NCBI GenBank assembly: GCA_951406725.2 | Contig: OX597838.1 | Location: forward strand, 18,786,001-18,850,000 | Length of the DNA stretch: 64,000 nucleotides | Direction: 5' to 3' | Origin: Octopus vulgaris | Lineage: Eukaryota | In this document: in pieces, positions 1 to 13,149 of the stretch | Layout of the letters: every line of letters begins with the position of its first letter | How positions within the stretch are numbered: the stretch's first letter is position 1 | Program-made: the position numbers and the translations under genes | Notes under the pieces: model-generated | Told to the model about the DNA's origin: nothing | The model's database searches: none | Seen by the model: only the letters and a program-made list of their open reading frames with translations

Positions 1-187
1 TGGTCTTTTGGATAAAGTCATGGACACAGCAAAACCCGAACCTCTTTAATAAAGGTTTAATCTTGGCCTATACTGTAAAAGTTTTTAAATGGCGGTGCCC
101 CAGCATGGCCACAGCTCGTGAGCTGAAACTAGATAAAATATTTTTTAAATAAAATAAAATAAATATGTATATATATATGTGTGTGTG

Positions 188-229
<42 letters not shown>

Positions 230-817
230 TGTGTGTGTGTGTGCGCGTGTGTGTGTGTGTGTGTGTGTGTAATTTCTTCGACTAAAAGGCGATGCCCCGG
301 CATGGCCACAGCCAAATGATTGAAACAAGGAAGAGAGTAACGGCGTATCCCAAAAAGACAATATCTGTTTCAACACACGACTTCACATCAAGAATCTTGC
401 AACACCAATTCATAAACGTGTGGCATAGGTGCCCGAGTGGCTGTGTGGTAAGTAGCTTGCTTACCAACCACATAGATATTCGAAAGACACCTGTTGTTAT
501 TTCTTGTTTTTTATATTCGTAACTGTGTATCATGTTCTCCGTTTATTGTTGGTTTGCTGTTTTCTGTCTTTGTTGCCGTACACATTCGCTAACTTACAAA
601 GGGGTCTAATGCTCTTAGGTTACATTTTTTGGTGGGCAACCAGATCGAACCATTTCAAGTGTAACTGCCCGAAATGGTCGTGTCATCTGGAGCTTGACTG
701 AGGAAAGAATGACCAGTTTTTACTTTTTTTGCCTGTCCTTCTAAATGTTTCTCTTGTCCGCCTTTGTATCGTCTATCTGTCCGAATGTTTTAATGCGCTC
801 TATTGCGTTTTTGTTCC

Positions 818-879
<62 letters not shown>

Positions 880-920
880 GTAATGGTGTGCGCGTGTGTG
901 TGTGTTGTGTGTGTGTGTAA

Positions 921-1355
921 TTTCTTCGACTAAAAGGCGATTGAGACCCAAAGGTGTCAGGTAATGCTGAATAAGTGCTATAGACAGACCATAGTTAAGT
1001 TCCAAGTTCGGTGATTTTGCGAATAAGGGGTTCAACGTTGGTCATATGTCATCGTGTGTATGTATGAATTTTTTGCGTAATGAGATTAAAAAAAACCAAG
1101 GCTGTGTAGATATTAGAACATTTATAGATAGAGGGTCAACCTATAAATGTTCTAATATCTACACAGCCTTGGATTTGCGCAAAAAATCTATATACATATA
1201 TATATGTAAAAGAAATACAAACTGGGACAAGAACGCAAAACATTTAGAAGACGATACAAAAAAAAAACACGGACGGGATCGTCTTCTAAATGCTTTTTTG
1301 TATCGTCTTCTAAATGTTTTGCGTTCTTGTCCCAGTTTGTATTTTTTTACATATA
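921..1355 (-). mobile_element. PLE-like fragments with two hairpins
   Basis: Minus-strand LIQHYLTPLGLN resembles the PLE endonuclease C-terminus (LxPxGLN). Perfect 32-bp inverted repeat at 1096-1127/1141-1172 and a second one at about 1202-1263/1294-1355. Related sequence at about 33085-33335. Confidence 0.5.
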
Positions 1356-1397
1356 TATATATAGCGGCGGACGAACCCTTTGTCTTATATGTAAGTA

Positions 1398-1552
<155 letters not shown>

Positions 1553-1721
1553 CTAGCTGCTTTCGGTTTCCGTCTACCAAATGCACTCACAAAGCTTTCG
1601 TTGGCTTGAGACTATAGTAGACGACACTTGCCCAAGGTCACATGCAGTGGAACTGAACCCGGAAGTATGTGGTTGGGAAGTAAGCTTCTTACCACGCAGC
1701 CACGCCTGCGCCTACAGAAGC

Positions 1722-1779
<58 letters not shown>

Positions 1780-2027
1780 TGCACATTTATGGATGTGTGT
1801 ATGTGTTATGTATGTATGTTTGTTTGTGTGTATATAAGTGTAGGTTGTGAAGAGATGTCTAGACCAGATTGCAGCGTTTGGACATGATAAATCGCAGTGA
1901 CTCCATCTGAAATATTGCTAGTTCGGAATTGCAGAGCCTCACTTTCACATGACAGGATTATCTGCGGAACAGATCGTGACTGCAAATAGATTACATGCAG
2001 ATCTTGTAGCATTGTATATGTAAGGGG

Positions 2028-2092
<65 letters not shown>

Positions 2093-2406
2093 CGTGCTTG
2101 CATATGCCGCCGTGAATACGAGATCAGAAGTTGTCCTCCCTCCCTCGCATCCGTAAACACGTCCTTAGTAAGCTGACGACACGTACACAAACGCGCGCGC
2201 ATGCCCACGCACGCACGCTCCAACACACGCACACGCACACACACACATGCTCACAAGCACACACACACATACTCATACGCATACACACACATACGAACAC
2301 ATAACCACACACATACACATTTGCATGCATGTATGTGCGTGCATATTCACATATATACACACACATAAACATATGTACATAAATATACATATATCTATAT
2401 ATACAT

Positions 2407-2441
<35 letters not shown>

Positions 2442-2632
2442 CACACACATATATATCGGTATATATATACATATACATACATACATCTATATATATATAT
2501 GTATGTATGTATACAGACATATATATATATATATATATATATGTATGTGCAAATATATATATGTGCGTGTGAGCGTATTTATATTATACATGTACACACA
2601 CACATACACATACACACACAAAACTTTATATG

Positions 2633-2682
<50 letters not shown>

Positions 2683-3278
2683 TACATACATATATACATA
2701 TATACATATATATGTATATGTACGTATGATTGTATCTATATACACACATATTTATCATGCGTATACATGTGTGTATAGTGCAATATTGATCATTCAAATA
2801 TAAGACAGACATTTATGTTGTGTGTAAAGATGGCGGATGGAGGAAGGCAAGTTTTTTTTGTTTTCTTTTTTCGATATTTCACAAATCGTGCTGGTATGCC
2901 GATGTCCTCCATGTTGCCACATTGTCCCTATATCGTGCCGTTGGCTTCGACAGTTCGTATTCACTCTACTACTGATGCACGCAGTCGCTGACAATAACTT
3001 ATATTTAACCTAGACTCCAATGGCAGCAACACTGTTCACCTTAGCTATAAATATGTACCGTGTGTGAGCTGTCTGATTGCGAGTGTGTTTGTGTTACTCG
3101 GCTCTCCTCTAGAACGTATGCGTGCCTATCTCTGCGTTGGATCGTGTGTACGTGCGGAAACATCTATGCATGTGCTTGCTTGCGTGTGGTTATGTGTGTG
3201 TATGCGTGTGAGTGTGTCTGAGTGTGCTTTTGTATGAGTGTATGCGTATGTTGGAGCTTATGTATGTATGTATGTATG

Positions 3279-3309
<31 letters not shown>

Positions 3310-3310
3310 T

Positions 3311-3717
3311 CTTTTATTCTTTTATTTGTTTCAGTCATTTGACTGCTGCCCATGCTGGAGCACCGCCTCTAGTCGAGCAAATCGACCCCAGGATTTATTC
3401 TTTGTAAGCCTAGTACTTATTCTATCGGTCTCTTTTGCCGAACCGCTAGGTAACGGGGACATAAACACACCAGCATCGGTTGTTAAGCAATGCTAGGGGG
3501 ACAAACACAGACACACAAACACACACACATATATATATATATACATATATACGACGGGCTTCTTTCAGTTTCCGTCTACCAAATCCACTCACAAGGCTTT
3601 GGTTGGCCCGAGGCTATAGTAGAAGACACTTGCCCAAGGTGCCACGCAGTGGGAGACTGAACCCGGAAGCATGTGGTTGGTAAGCAAGCTACTTACCACA
3701 CAGCCACTCCTGCGCCT
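3311..3717 (-). mobile_element. SINE family A (tRNA-derived, internal TA/TG tract), full length
   Basis: Head GGCGCAGGAGTGGCTGTGTGGTAAG...GGGTTCAGTC (A/B boxes), CORE-like CCTTGGGCAAGTG, tail GACTGAAACAA-(TAAAAG). About 20 copies in the window. Confidence 0.9.
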
Positions 3718-3864
3718 GTAACCAAAGATTGCCAAAAGAAAAGGAAGGACCATATCATGGAATGGATTGACTACCGGAAGGCTATTTAAAATACTCCCCA
3801 CACATGGATTCTGGAAACACAAGACATACAAAATCTCATGAAATATGAATAAATGCGTAAATAT

Positions 3865-4045
3865 AGGCGCAGGAGTGGCTGCGTGGTAAGTAGCTTGTTT
3901 ACGAACCACATGGTTCCGGGTTCAGTCCCACTGCGTGGCACCTTGGGCAAGTGTCTCCTACTATAGCCTCGGGCCGACCAAAGCCTTGTGAGTAGATTTG
4001 GTAGATGGAAACTGAATGAAGCCCGTCGTATATATGTATATGTAT

Positions 4046-4078
<33 letters not shown>

Positions 4079-4303
4079 TGTGTGTGTCTGTGTGTGTGTC
4101 TGTGTTTGTCCCCCCAACATCGCTTGACAACCGATGCTGGCGTGCATACGTTCCCGTAACTTAGCGGTTCGGCAAAACAGACCGATAGAACAAGTACTAG
4201 GCTTACAAAGAATAAGTCCTGGGTGTCGATTTGCTCGACTAAAAAAAAAAGGCGGTGCTCCAGCATGGCCGCAGTCAAATGGCTGAAACAAGTAAAAGAG
4301 TAA
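3865..4303 (+). mobile_element. SINE family A, full length
   Basis: Same consensus, inverted relative to 3311-3717. Confidence 0.9.
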
Positions 4304-4329
4304 ATGGTAAACAATTTTGCAGTTACATT

Positions 4330-4820
4330 TGAAAGGCAGAGCTGTAAACACTAAACCCATTTTCATTTAGAATAGAAATATTCCTGAAGGAAACCTTCTG
4401 CCCACTCTTTTTCTGCCTGGCGTGGATGTTGTTGGTCTACATGTTAATCTAGTTGTGGATACAAAGGCTAGGATAAGACAAATAACCATTTGTTGTACAT
4501 GGCTGATCTCGAGGCGTACGCTGCAAATGCTACACAACTAAAATATATTGCTGCAGCTAATACCAAAAGCAATAAATATGAAATTCGGCTGAGAAAATAT
4601 GCCAAAGAGACGTTGAAGAGAGGCAGATTTAAAGTACTAGTATCATATTAGATAAAGAAATTTGAGATAGCTAACTTAGATTAGAGCAAAACAGTTGTAC
4701 AAATATTTTGGAATCGATGAACTAAATAGTGCACAACAAACTCAAATGAAAGAAAAGATTGAGAAGGAATATTATAGACAGATTGATATTAAAATTAAGA
4801 TTACAAGAGTAGTTCCGGTA
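4330..4820 (+). mobile_element. R4/Dong-clade LINE reverse transcriptase fragment (decayed)
   Basis: Frameshifted peptides PLFFCLA, NHLLYMADLEAYAANATQL (YMDD region), INMKFG, YKYFGIDE, MKEKIEKEYYR. Confidence 0.75.
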
Positions 4821-5041
4821 ATAAGCTACTGTTTTAATATCGGATGCTAAACGAAGTAGCTCAGCTAGACAGGAAGAGAAGGAAAAATAATGACAGCATT
4901 TAAAATACGCCAACCATAAACTAATATTGATAGATTATACTTATCAAAAATAAAAAGCCGTACAGATAGTATACAATTAGACTGACGAAATGCTGCCACG
5001 CGCTTTGCCCGGCGTGTTAACGTCTCTGACAGCTCTCCGCC

Positions 5042-5310
<269 letters not shown>

Positions 5311-5315
<5 letters not shown>

Positions 5316-5527
5316 TTCAGACAAATACATAACAAAAACACCAGGACTTACAAACACATATAACATACAGAAAATTGCACTACTAGGCACTGCACACATC
5401 CTACGCAGAACACTTTCCATACAATAACCATCAGAGCATCACAACAAATCACAGCACATACCTAAGGCACACAGAGCTGCGCTCGGTAGTGAAGTGAAAG
5501 CACGCTATAAAAATAAAACTACTGAAA

Positions 5528-5530
<3 letters not shown>
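5311..5530 (+). mobile_element. R4/Dong-clade LINE 3' end inside (AAT)n
   Basis: IQKIALLGTAHILRRTL is the typical C-terminus of R4/Dong ORFs, followed by a short 3' UTR. (AAT)n lies on both sides, consistent with Dong's known TAA-repeat target. Confidence 0.8.
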
Positions 5531-5616
<86 letters not shown>

Positions 5617-5862
5617 TAATAAAAAGATGAGCTACAGCAAATATTCTGCTCAATACCACAGATTTGCTTGTCAGTTGTTTGACCTTAACCAGTTGAGCAT
5701 GTCCCTTAGTGGCTCGGTATGTGCATTTCTGACCACGAGCAGAAGTAGTGGGGGAGCATCATGATGGGTATAATGGGCTTTGTATATTTGTACCCCAGTG
5801 TCATTTTGATGACATGCGCTGCTCTCTCGCTCAATAATAACAAGAATAATTTATTATTATTA

Positions 5863-5899
<37 letters not shown>

Positions 5900-5934
5900 C
5901 ATTATTATTATTATTATTATTATCATTATTATTA

Positions 5935-5991
<57 letters not shown>

Positions 5992-5998
5992 CGCCTTA

Positions 5999-7007
5999 CA
6001 AAGGAATACTGGAGAGATATTTTACGCCAAGATGTGAAATACAATGGCGATGCAGAGAATGGTTAAAAATGATAAAGGCAAATAGCGAAGATTTGACAAA
6101 ACAAAGAGACACAGAGTTCACAAGAGAAAATATTGCATAATATGGTGAAAGGGATACCAAATTGGAAATTTCTAGGACCAGATTTGGTCGAAGGGGTTTT
6201 GACTAAACCGTTTCATTGATTGCACTTCACGACAGAATGAGTACGTAACGAAATAGATGTATTGAGACAGTTGATGTTTTGCGAATGGATGGAGAAGGTA
6301 GGACGCGGTGTTGATAGGGAAAGATCAATGCAAAAGAAATACAGAAAGTGTCTACAGACAAATGACATGTTTTCCACTGATGTGGAAGCCGTTAACAGAT
6401 GTTATTGCACGAGTGAAAGCTATGAGAGACAACGCAAGCTATGAGAGACAATGCAACCATATGTGGAGACACAATGGCCCAGTGGTTAGGGCAGCGGACT
6501 CGCGGTCGTAGGATTGCGGTTTCGATTCCCAGACCGGGCGTTGTGAGTGTTTATTGAGCGAAAACACCTAAAAGCTCCACGAGGCTCCGGCAGAGGATGG
6601 TGGTGATCCCTGCTGTACTCTTTCACCACAACTTTCTCTCACTCTTACTTCCTGTTTCTGTTGTACCTGTATTTGAAAAGGGCCGGCCTTGTCACTCTCT
6701 GTGTCACGCTGAATATCCCCGAGAACTACGTTAAGGGTACACGTGTCTGTGGAGTGCTCAGCCACTTACACGTTAATTTCACGAGCAGGCTGTTCCGTTG
6801 ATCGGATCAACCGGAACCCTCGTCGTCGTAACCGACGGAGTGCTCCCCCCCCCATATGCAACCATATTATGCAACTTTTTATCTTGTGCAACTCTGTGTC
6901 TCTTTGTTTTGTCAAATCTTCGCTATTTGCCTTTATCATTTTTAACCATTCTGCATCGCCAGTTTGTTTCACTTCTTGGCGTCAAATATCTCTCCATTGT
7001 TCCTTTG
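5999..7007. mobile_element. Fold-back/MITE with inverted arms of about 150 bp and a SINE C nested inside
   Basis: 5999-6146 is the slightly diverged reverse complement of 6861-7007. Confidence 0.7.
6463..6855 (+). mobile_element. SINE family C (tRNA-derived), full length with a 12-bp TSD
   Basis: Head TGGCCCAGTGGTTAGGGCAGCGGACTCGCGG...GGTTTCGATTCC. TSD ATGCAACCATAT at 6451-6462 and 6856-6867. Confidence 0.92.
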
Positions 7008-7104
7008 TCTCTTTTGAATAGATAAGTGTACAGTGCTAGTAATAAGGAGAGGGGGGAAACATCCAAGAAAATATCCAACTCAGAAAGGAATAAACACACA
7101 TTAT

Positions 7105-7598
7105 AATCATCGTCATTGTTCGACCGTGGTCGAGACAATGGAATTTACCATGCTACGCCAGACTTCACGGTCCATCATAGCATTACGGAGGTCCTGTTGC
7201 TGGATGCCTGTATCCCTAGAGATTACATAAGGGTAGGAGAGTGTGCGCCCTCTGGTATTGCAAGTAGATGGCTTCCAGGGGAGAAGAGTAGAAATTGCCT
7301 CGTTTTCAGCTCTACAACAATGTCCAGCAAACTGGACTCTCCTACCTTTCACAAGAGATGACACAGGTGGTAGTTTCCCATATATTTGCATTTTGGTTGG
7401 ATGACGCTTCCACGAGAGATTTTGAGCTCTCATAAGGAGGCGAGTGTAGGTTCCATCCAACCGCCTCTCAAGCTTCTTTGATAACGTCCAGGTTTCTGAG
7501 CTATATAGTAGAATTGGTTCGACTGTGACTTTGAATATTTCAAGTTTGAAGTCTCTACTTAGATTTGATGACCAGATCTTATGCATGTCATTAAACAC
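7105..7598 (-). mobile_element. RTE-clade LINE 3' portion
   Basis: KLEIFKVTVEPILLYSSETWTL...RRVQFAGHCCR...DREVWR, typical of the RTE ORF2 C-terminus, followed by a short GAT-like tail. Confidence 0.88.
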
Positions 7599-7599
7599 A

Positions 7600-8190
7600 C
7601 AGGTGAAACTTCAATCAAAGCAATAAATGGAGGCGACAGTTACAAGTACCTGTGGAGTATTGGGGGCAGATAGAATTCTCTGTCAAGAAATTAAGGAGAA
7701 GGTGAGAAATGAATATTTCAGGATACTGGAAAGGGTGCTTTGCTCAAAACTGAATGGAAGCAAAGGCATTTCTGTCGTAAACACATGAATGGTGTATCTA
7801 ATATAATATTCTGCTGCTTTCTTGAGCTGGATTAGGGAAGAACTAAAAGACACAGACTGTAACACCACAAAGGCAAGGACCATGTATAAGTCGTTACATC
7901 CTAGAGAGAGCGTTGATAGGTTATACCTACCACAGAAATGAGGAGAGAAAGAGAGAGAATGGAATGATGGCGATAGAAGACTGCGTGGAGATGTCAGAGT
8001 ATAATATAGAAGAGTCTGTGAGGAAATAGCACGGAGCTTCCGGCGGAGAAGAGAAAGAAGCTGTGGAGAGAGCGAAAGAATACAAGAGAATAAGATAAGA
8101 GGGGCGAGAAAGAAACATCTGGGGAAAAGAACTGCACGATCAGCATCTCAGATAAACGCAGGACCTCGCAGCTGAGGAATCTTGATTATG
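7600..8190 (+). mobile_element. R4/Dong-clade LINE RT-thumb fragment (decayed)
   Basis: SYKYL/GV...KEKVRNEYFRILERVLCSKLNG...WIREELKD...LHPRESVDRLYLP, with stops and frameshifts. Confidence 0.8.
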
Positions 8191-8194
8191 GTTA

Positions 8195-8230
<36 letters not shown>

Positions 8231-8673
8231 TATATATCTTTATATGTACATATGCATTATATATGTGTATGTATATATGTGTATACATACATATATTTAT
8301 ATATATATATACACACACACACACACATAGTTGAAATTTACAGTAAAACAAAAGACGAAGACACATATATATATATATATATATATACGTACATAAATGA
8401 ATAGATTCATACGTGCATATATATATATATATATATAAATGCATACATAACTGCTCGCATGCATACATACATACACACATACATACATACATGCATGCAT
8501 ACATACATACACACACACATACATACATACATACATACACATACATACATACATTCATACATACATGCATACATACATACATTCATACATACATACACAC
8601 ATACATACACACATACATGCATACATACATTCATACATACATACATACATAAATGCTCGCATGCATACATACA

Positions 8674-8705
<32 letters not shown>

Positions 8706-8850
8706 CATACATACATACATACATACAAACATACATACAAGACTGTCCTATTTGATGTCTAAATTCCAACGAAAGAGACTGTGTTTCTAGGTTAAAAATC
8801 GACTCTTTTTTTTACTCGTGACGAGAAATAGAAAAAGGAAAAAGTAAAGC

Positions 8851-8909
<59 letters not shown>

Positions 8910-9284
8910 ACACAAGCACACACATACCTACGTACATACAACCATTCTTACATATATATATATACATACATACATTCATACGCCGTTCGAATGTTCGTAC
9001 GTACATTCACACGTATGTACATCAATGCATACAGACGTAAGTAATGTGTCACAATGTACTTAACAGAGAGTTAAGTGCATTGGCTTGAAACTTTTCTATT
9101 CATTCAGCTATTTTTTCTCCTCTTTGTTAAAAAAAAACGGCATTTTTGTGCATTTATGCGCATGTGTGTGTGTGTGCATCTATGTATCCATGTGTGTACA
9201 TATATAAATAGAAAGATATATAGATAAATCAATATAGATATAGATAGATAGATAGGTAGGTAGGTAGGTAGGTAGGTAGGTAGG

Positions 9285-9387
<103 letters not shown>

Positions 9388-9416
9388 GTAGGTAGGTAGG
9401 TAGTTAGGTAGATAGA

Positions 9417-9745
9417 TATGTTTCTTTATTAGCCACACAGGGCTGCACACAGATAGAACAAATTACAAGGTAGAGCTTTTCTTTTGAAGGGTTAAAAAAA
9501 AAAAAAAAAAGGAAGGGGGAGTTTCGATCAAAAGGGATCGTAAAAGGAGAGAAAGAGGACAAAAAAGGGGGGTTAAAAAAAGGGGGAGAGGAAAAAAAAT
9601 TGATCAATAGGGATCGTTATCACAGAAATGTCAATATGAAGTGTAAAGGGGAGGACAGGTGAGGTTTACCCGTGGAAAGAAAAGCCTACGGAAAAGACCA
9701 CGGTAACCTCGGTCAATGAAGTTACATTTTATATTTCTTTTTTTA
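9417..9745 (-). mobile_element. Tx1 LINE 3' UTR copy
   Basis: Homologous to 10336-10600 (CCGTGGAAAGAAAAGCCTACGGAAAAGACCACGGTAACCTCGG); flanked by (GATA)n. Confidence 0.8.
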
Positions 9746-9751
9746 GATAGA

Positions 9752-9819
<68 letters not shown>

Positions 9820-9840
9820 AAGACAGACAGACAGACAGAC

Positions 9841-9946
<106 letters not shown>

Positions 9947-9967
9947 GTAGGTAGGTAGGTAGTTAGG

Positions 9968-10039
<72 letters not shown>

Positions 10040-10048
10040 TAGACAGAC

Positions 10049-10141
<93 letters not shown>

Positions 10142-10192
10142 TAGAAAGATAGAGACAGACAGACACACACACACACACACACACACAGATTA

Positions 10193-10262
10193 GATTTCTT
10201 TATTAGCCACACAGCGCCGAACACAGAGGGGACAAAATACAATGTAGAGCTTTTGTTTTCGG
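10193..10262 (-). mobile_element. Tx1 LINE extreme 3' end fragment
   Basis: Minus strand: CTCTACATTGTATTTTGTCCCCTCTGTGTTCGGCGCTGTGTGGCTAATAAAGAAA. Confidence 0.7.
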
Positions 10263-10335
10263 AAGACAGGCAGACAGAGAGAGAGAGAGAGTGAGTGAGA
10301 GAGAGAGAGAAACAGACAGACAGACAGACAGATGA

Positions 10336-11242
10336 TATGTTTCTTTATTGGCCACACAAGAATGAACACAGAGAGGACAAAATACGAAGTAGAGCTTTTC
10401 TTTTGGGGAAGGAAAGAAAAAAACGGGGTGTTGAATTTCGATCAAAAGGGATCGGGAAAACAAAAAAAGAAGCCGATCAATAGGGATCGTGTATCACAGA
10501 AATGTCATAATGTAAAAGGGGAAACAGATTAGGTTTATCCGTGGAAAGAAAAGCCTACGGAAAAGACCACGGTAACCTCGGGCAATAATGTCATGCAAAA
10601 ACATATTACAGTGAGTGACACTTTTTCCTTTCTTTTTTTTTTTTTTTTGTTCATAGGATTATGGTCAAGGTGGCTCCGTCATTTACACGTGTCATCCTTG
10701 CTACATTCACCCATCGTTTTTTGAAACATTCACCAGACAAAACTTCCCTCTCTACTTTCACTTTCCTCTTCAATTGATACTTGAAGAAGTTGATGAGAGA
10801 TTCACCAGAGAGGAAAGTGTTTGTCTCTAGACCTTTCAGACGCGTCCACCATGCACATTCTTTCGCCATAGCCACAAGTACGAGGAAAATGGCTCTTCTT
10901 TCTCGTTTCAAGGAAGGAGGTGCGACAATATTCACGGCAGACTCGGTTGATAAACCGACTCGTCCCACACGTGACAGCAGTCGTTCGACATAGGCCCACA
11001 TGTCGGAATTAGTTGAACACGGTACGAGTGCGTGCAGAACGGTTTCGTCGCTCTAACCGCATCTCGGGCAGGTCGCCCCCGTGTTTCTCGAGCCATGCCT
11101 GTAGAGCTTATCCTGAATGGGTAGTGCTTCTCGATAACGCTGCCAGGCCAGGGATCTCTGGAAGTTGTCCATAGGTCCACACTCGAAAGTCTTCTTGAAC
11201 AGGCGGGTCAGGTATTCCTCGTCGACGCCCAGGTTCGCCCCG

Positions 11243-11243
<1 letters not shown>
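10336..11243 (-). mobile_element. Tx1 (L1-group) LINE 3' portion
   Basis: zf-RVT-like RDKLYRHG...CPRCG..DETVLHALVPC...WAYVERLL...AKECAWWTR...FKKRW, then a 3' UTR ending GTGTGGCCAATAAAGAAACATA. Embedded in (GATA/GACA)n. Confidence 0.85.
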
Positions 11244-11329
<86 letters not shown>

Positions 11330-11345
11330 CAGACAGTTAGATATT

Positions 11346-11676
11346 ATTTTACTTGTTTCGGTCATTTAACTGTAGCCATGCTGGAGCACCGCCTTTAGCC
11401 GAACAAATCGACCGCAGGGCTTATTCTTTGTAAGCCTAGTACTTATTCTTTCAGTCTTTTTTGCCGAACAGCTACGGGGGCGTAAACAGACCAACATCGG
11501 TTGTCAAGTGATATTGGGGGTACAAACACAGATACATACGCACAAATATATACATTTGTGTGTGTGTGTATATATACACACACACACGGCGGACTTCTTC
11601 CAGTTTCCATATACGAAATCTATTCACAAGGCTTTGGTCGGCCAAAGGCTATAGTAGAAGACACTTGCCCAAGGTG
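11346..11676 (-). mobile_element. SINE family A (head-truncated)
   Basis: Matches the family A consensus. Confidence 0.85.
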
Positions 11677-11746
11677 TGTGTATGTATGTCTATATATATA
11701 CATATATATATATGTATATATGTAATGTATATGTATGGATATATAC

Positions 11747-11796
<50 letters not shown>

Positions 11797-12747
11797 TATA
11801 TATATATAACATGTATATATCTATATCTATCTATAGAGATAGAGACATTATATAACTGACGTCATACAGAAGTAAATACGGAGAACGATATATATATATA
11901 TATGCGTCTGTTTAAGTTTCATGTTTGTTATATACAAACACTCCAGCAGACACACACACACACACACACACACACGTACACACACGCACGCACGCACACC
12001 CATGTATGTATTTGTATTTATTTCCGTATTTAAGTATTTATGTATATGTATAAAAACATTGACATCTGGCTCTGTGGAGATGATAAAATATATTAATTGA
12101 TGTATTGATGTCAAACAGTTCATAATTAATGAATCACAATGAAACAACAATACATTGTAACTGTATATAGTTGAATAGTGTGTGTGTGTGTGTGTGTAAT
12201 GTGTGTGTGTGTGTAATGTGTGTGTGCGTGCGTGGGTGTTTCTGTAGATTTGTGTGTATGTGTATGTGTGTGTGTGAGTATGTGAATGTGTGTGAGTGCG
12301 AGTGTTTTAATAGTGTTAGTGTGGTGGTAGCGGAAGAAGTGGACTGCTATTGTGAGATTATGTGTTCGAGAGGTAGCTAGTGGTGGTGGAGGCGGTGTTA
12401 TTAGTGGTGTTGGTAGAGGTGGTGATGGTGGTGGCGGCGGCGGCGGCGGCGGTGATATTAGCGGTGTTGGTAGAGGTGGTGGTGGTGGTGGTGAAGGTTT
12501 GTGATGATGGTGGTGACGGCGGTAGTGGTGGTGGTGGTGGTGGTGGTGTCGGCGGCGGTGGTTGAGGTGGTGGTGGTGGTGTCGGCGGCGGTGGTTGTGG
12601 TGGTGGTATTTATATAGATATGGTGTGATGAAGATGGTAATAATAATGCCGTCTATTTTTTTTCTTTTTAATCTTTTGCGATTTTGCTTTTATTTAAATT
12701 TTAAATGTTATATTTCCTCATTTAGCGATCAGTCACCTGATAAAAGT

Positions 12748-12782
<35 letters not shown>

Positions 12783-13074
12783 CATATATACATGCATAAA
12801 TACATTCATACATGCATGCGCAAACACACACGCATACACATTCATACATACAGATATACACACATACATACACACACACGCACACACATGCATACATACA
12901 TACATACACATACATACACATACATACATATATACACACATACATTCACGCACGCACACATACATACATATATATACACACACAAATGTGTGTATGCATG
13001 AATATATATATACATATATATGTATATATATACATATATATATATATGTATGTATATATATATATGTATATATG

Positions 13075-13105
<31 letters not shown>

Positions 13106-13149
13106 ATATATATATGTATATATGTATATATATATATATATATATATAA

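Noticed and set aside
6463-6540. tRNA genes at SINE heads (also 3865, 26526, 49998)
   Set aside because: A and B boxes are present, but there is no complete cloverleaf and the sequence continues into SINE bodies.
11857-11864. CRE palindromes TGACGTCA (also 41537-41544)
   Set aside because: Two 8-mers in 64 kb is close to chance expectation, and there is no supporting context.
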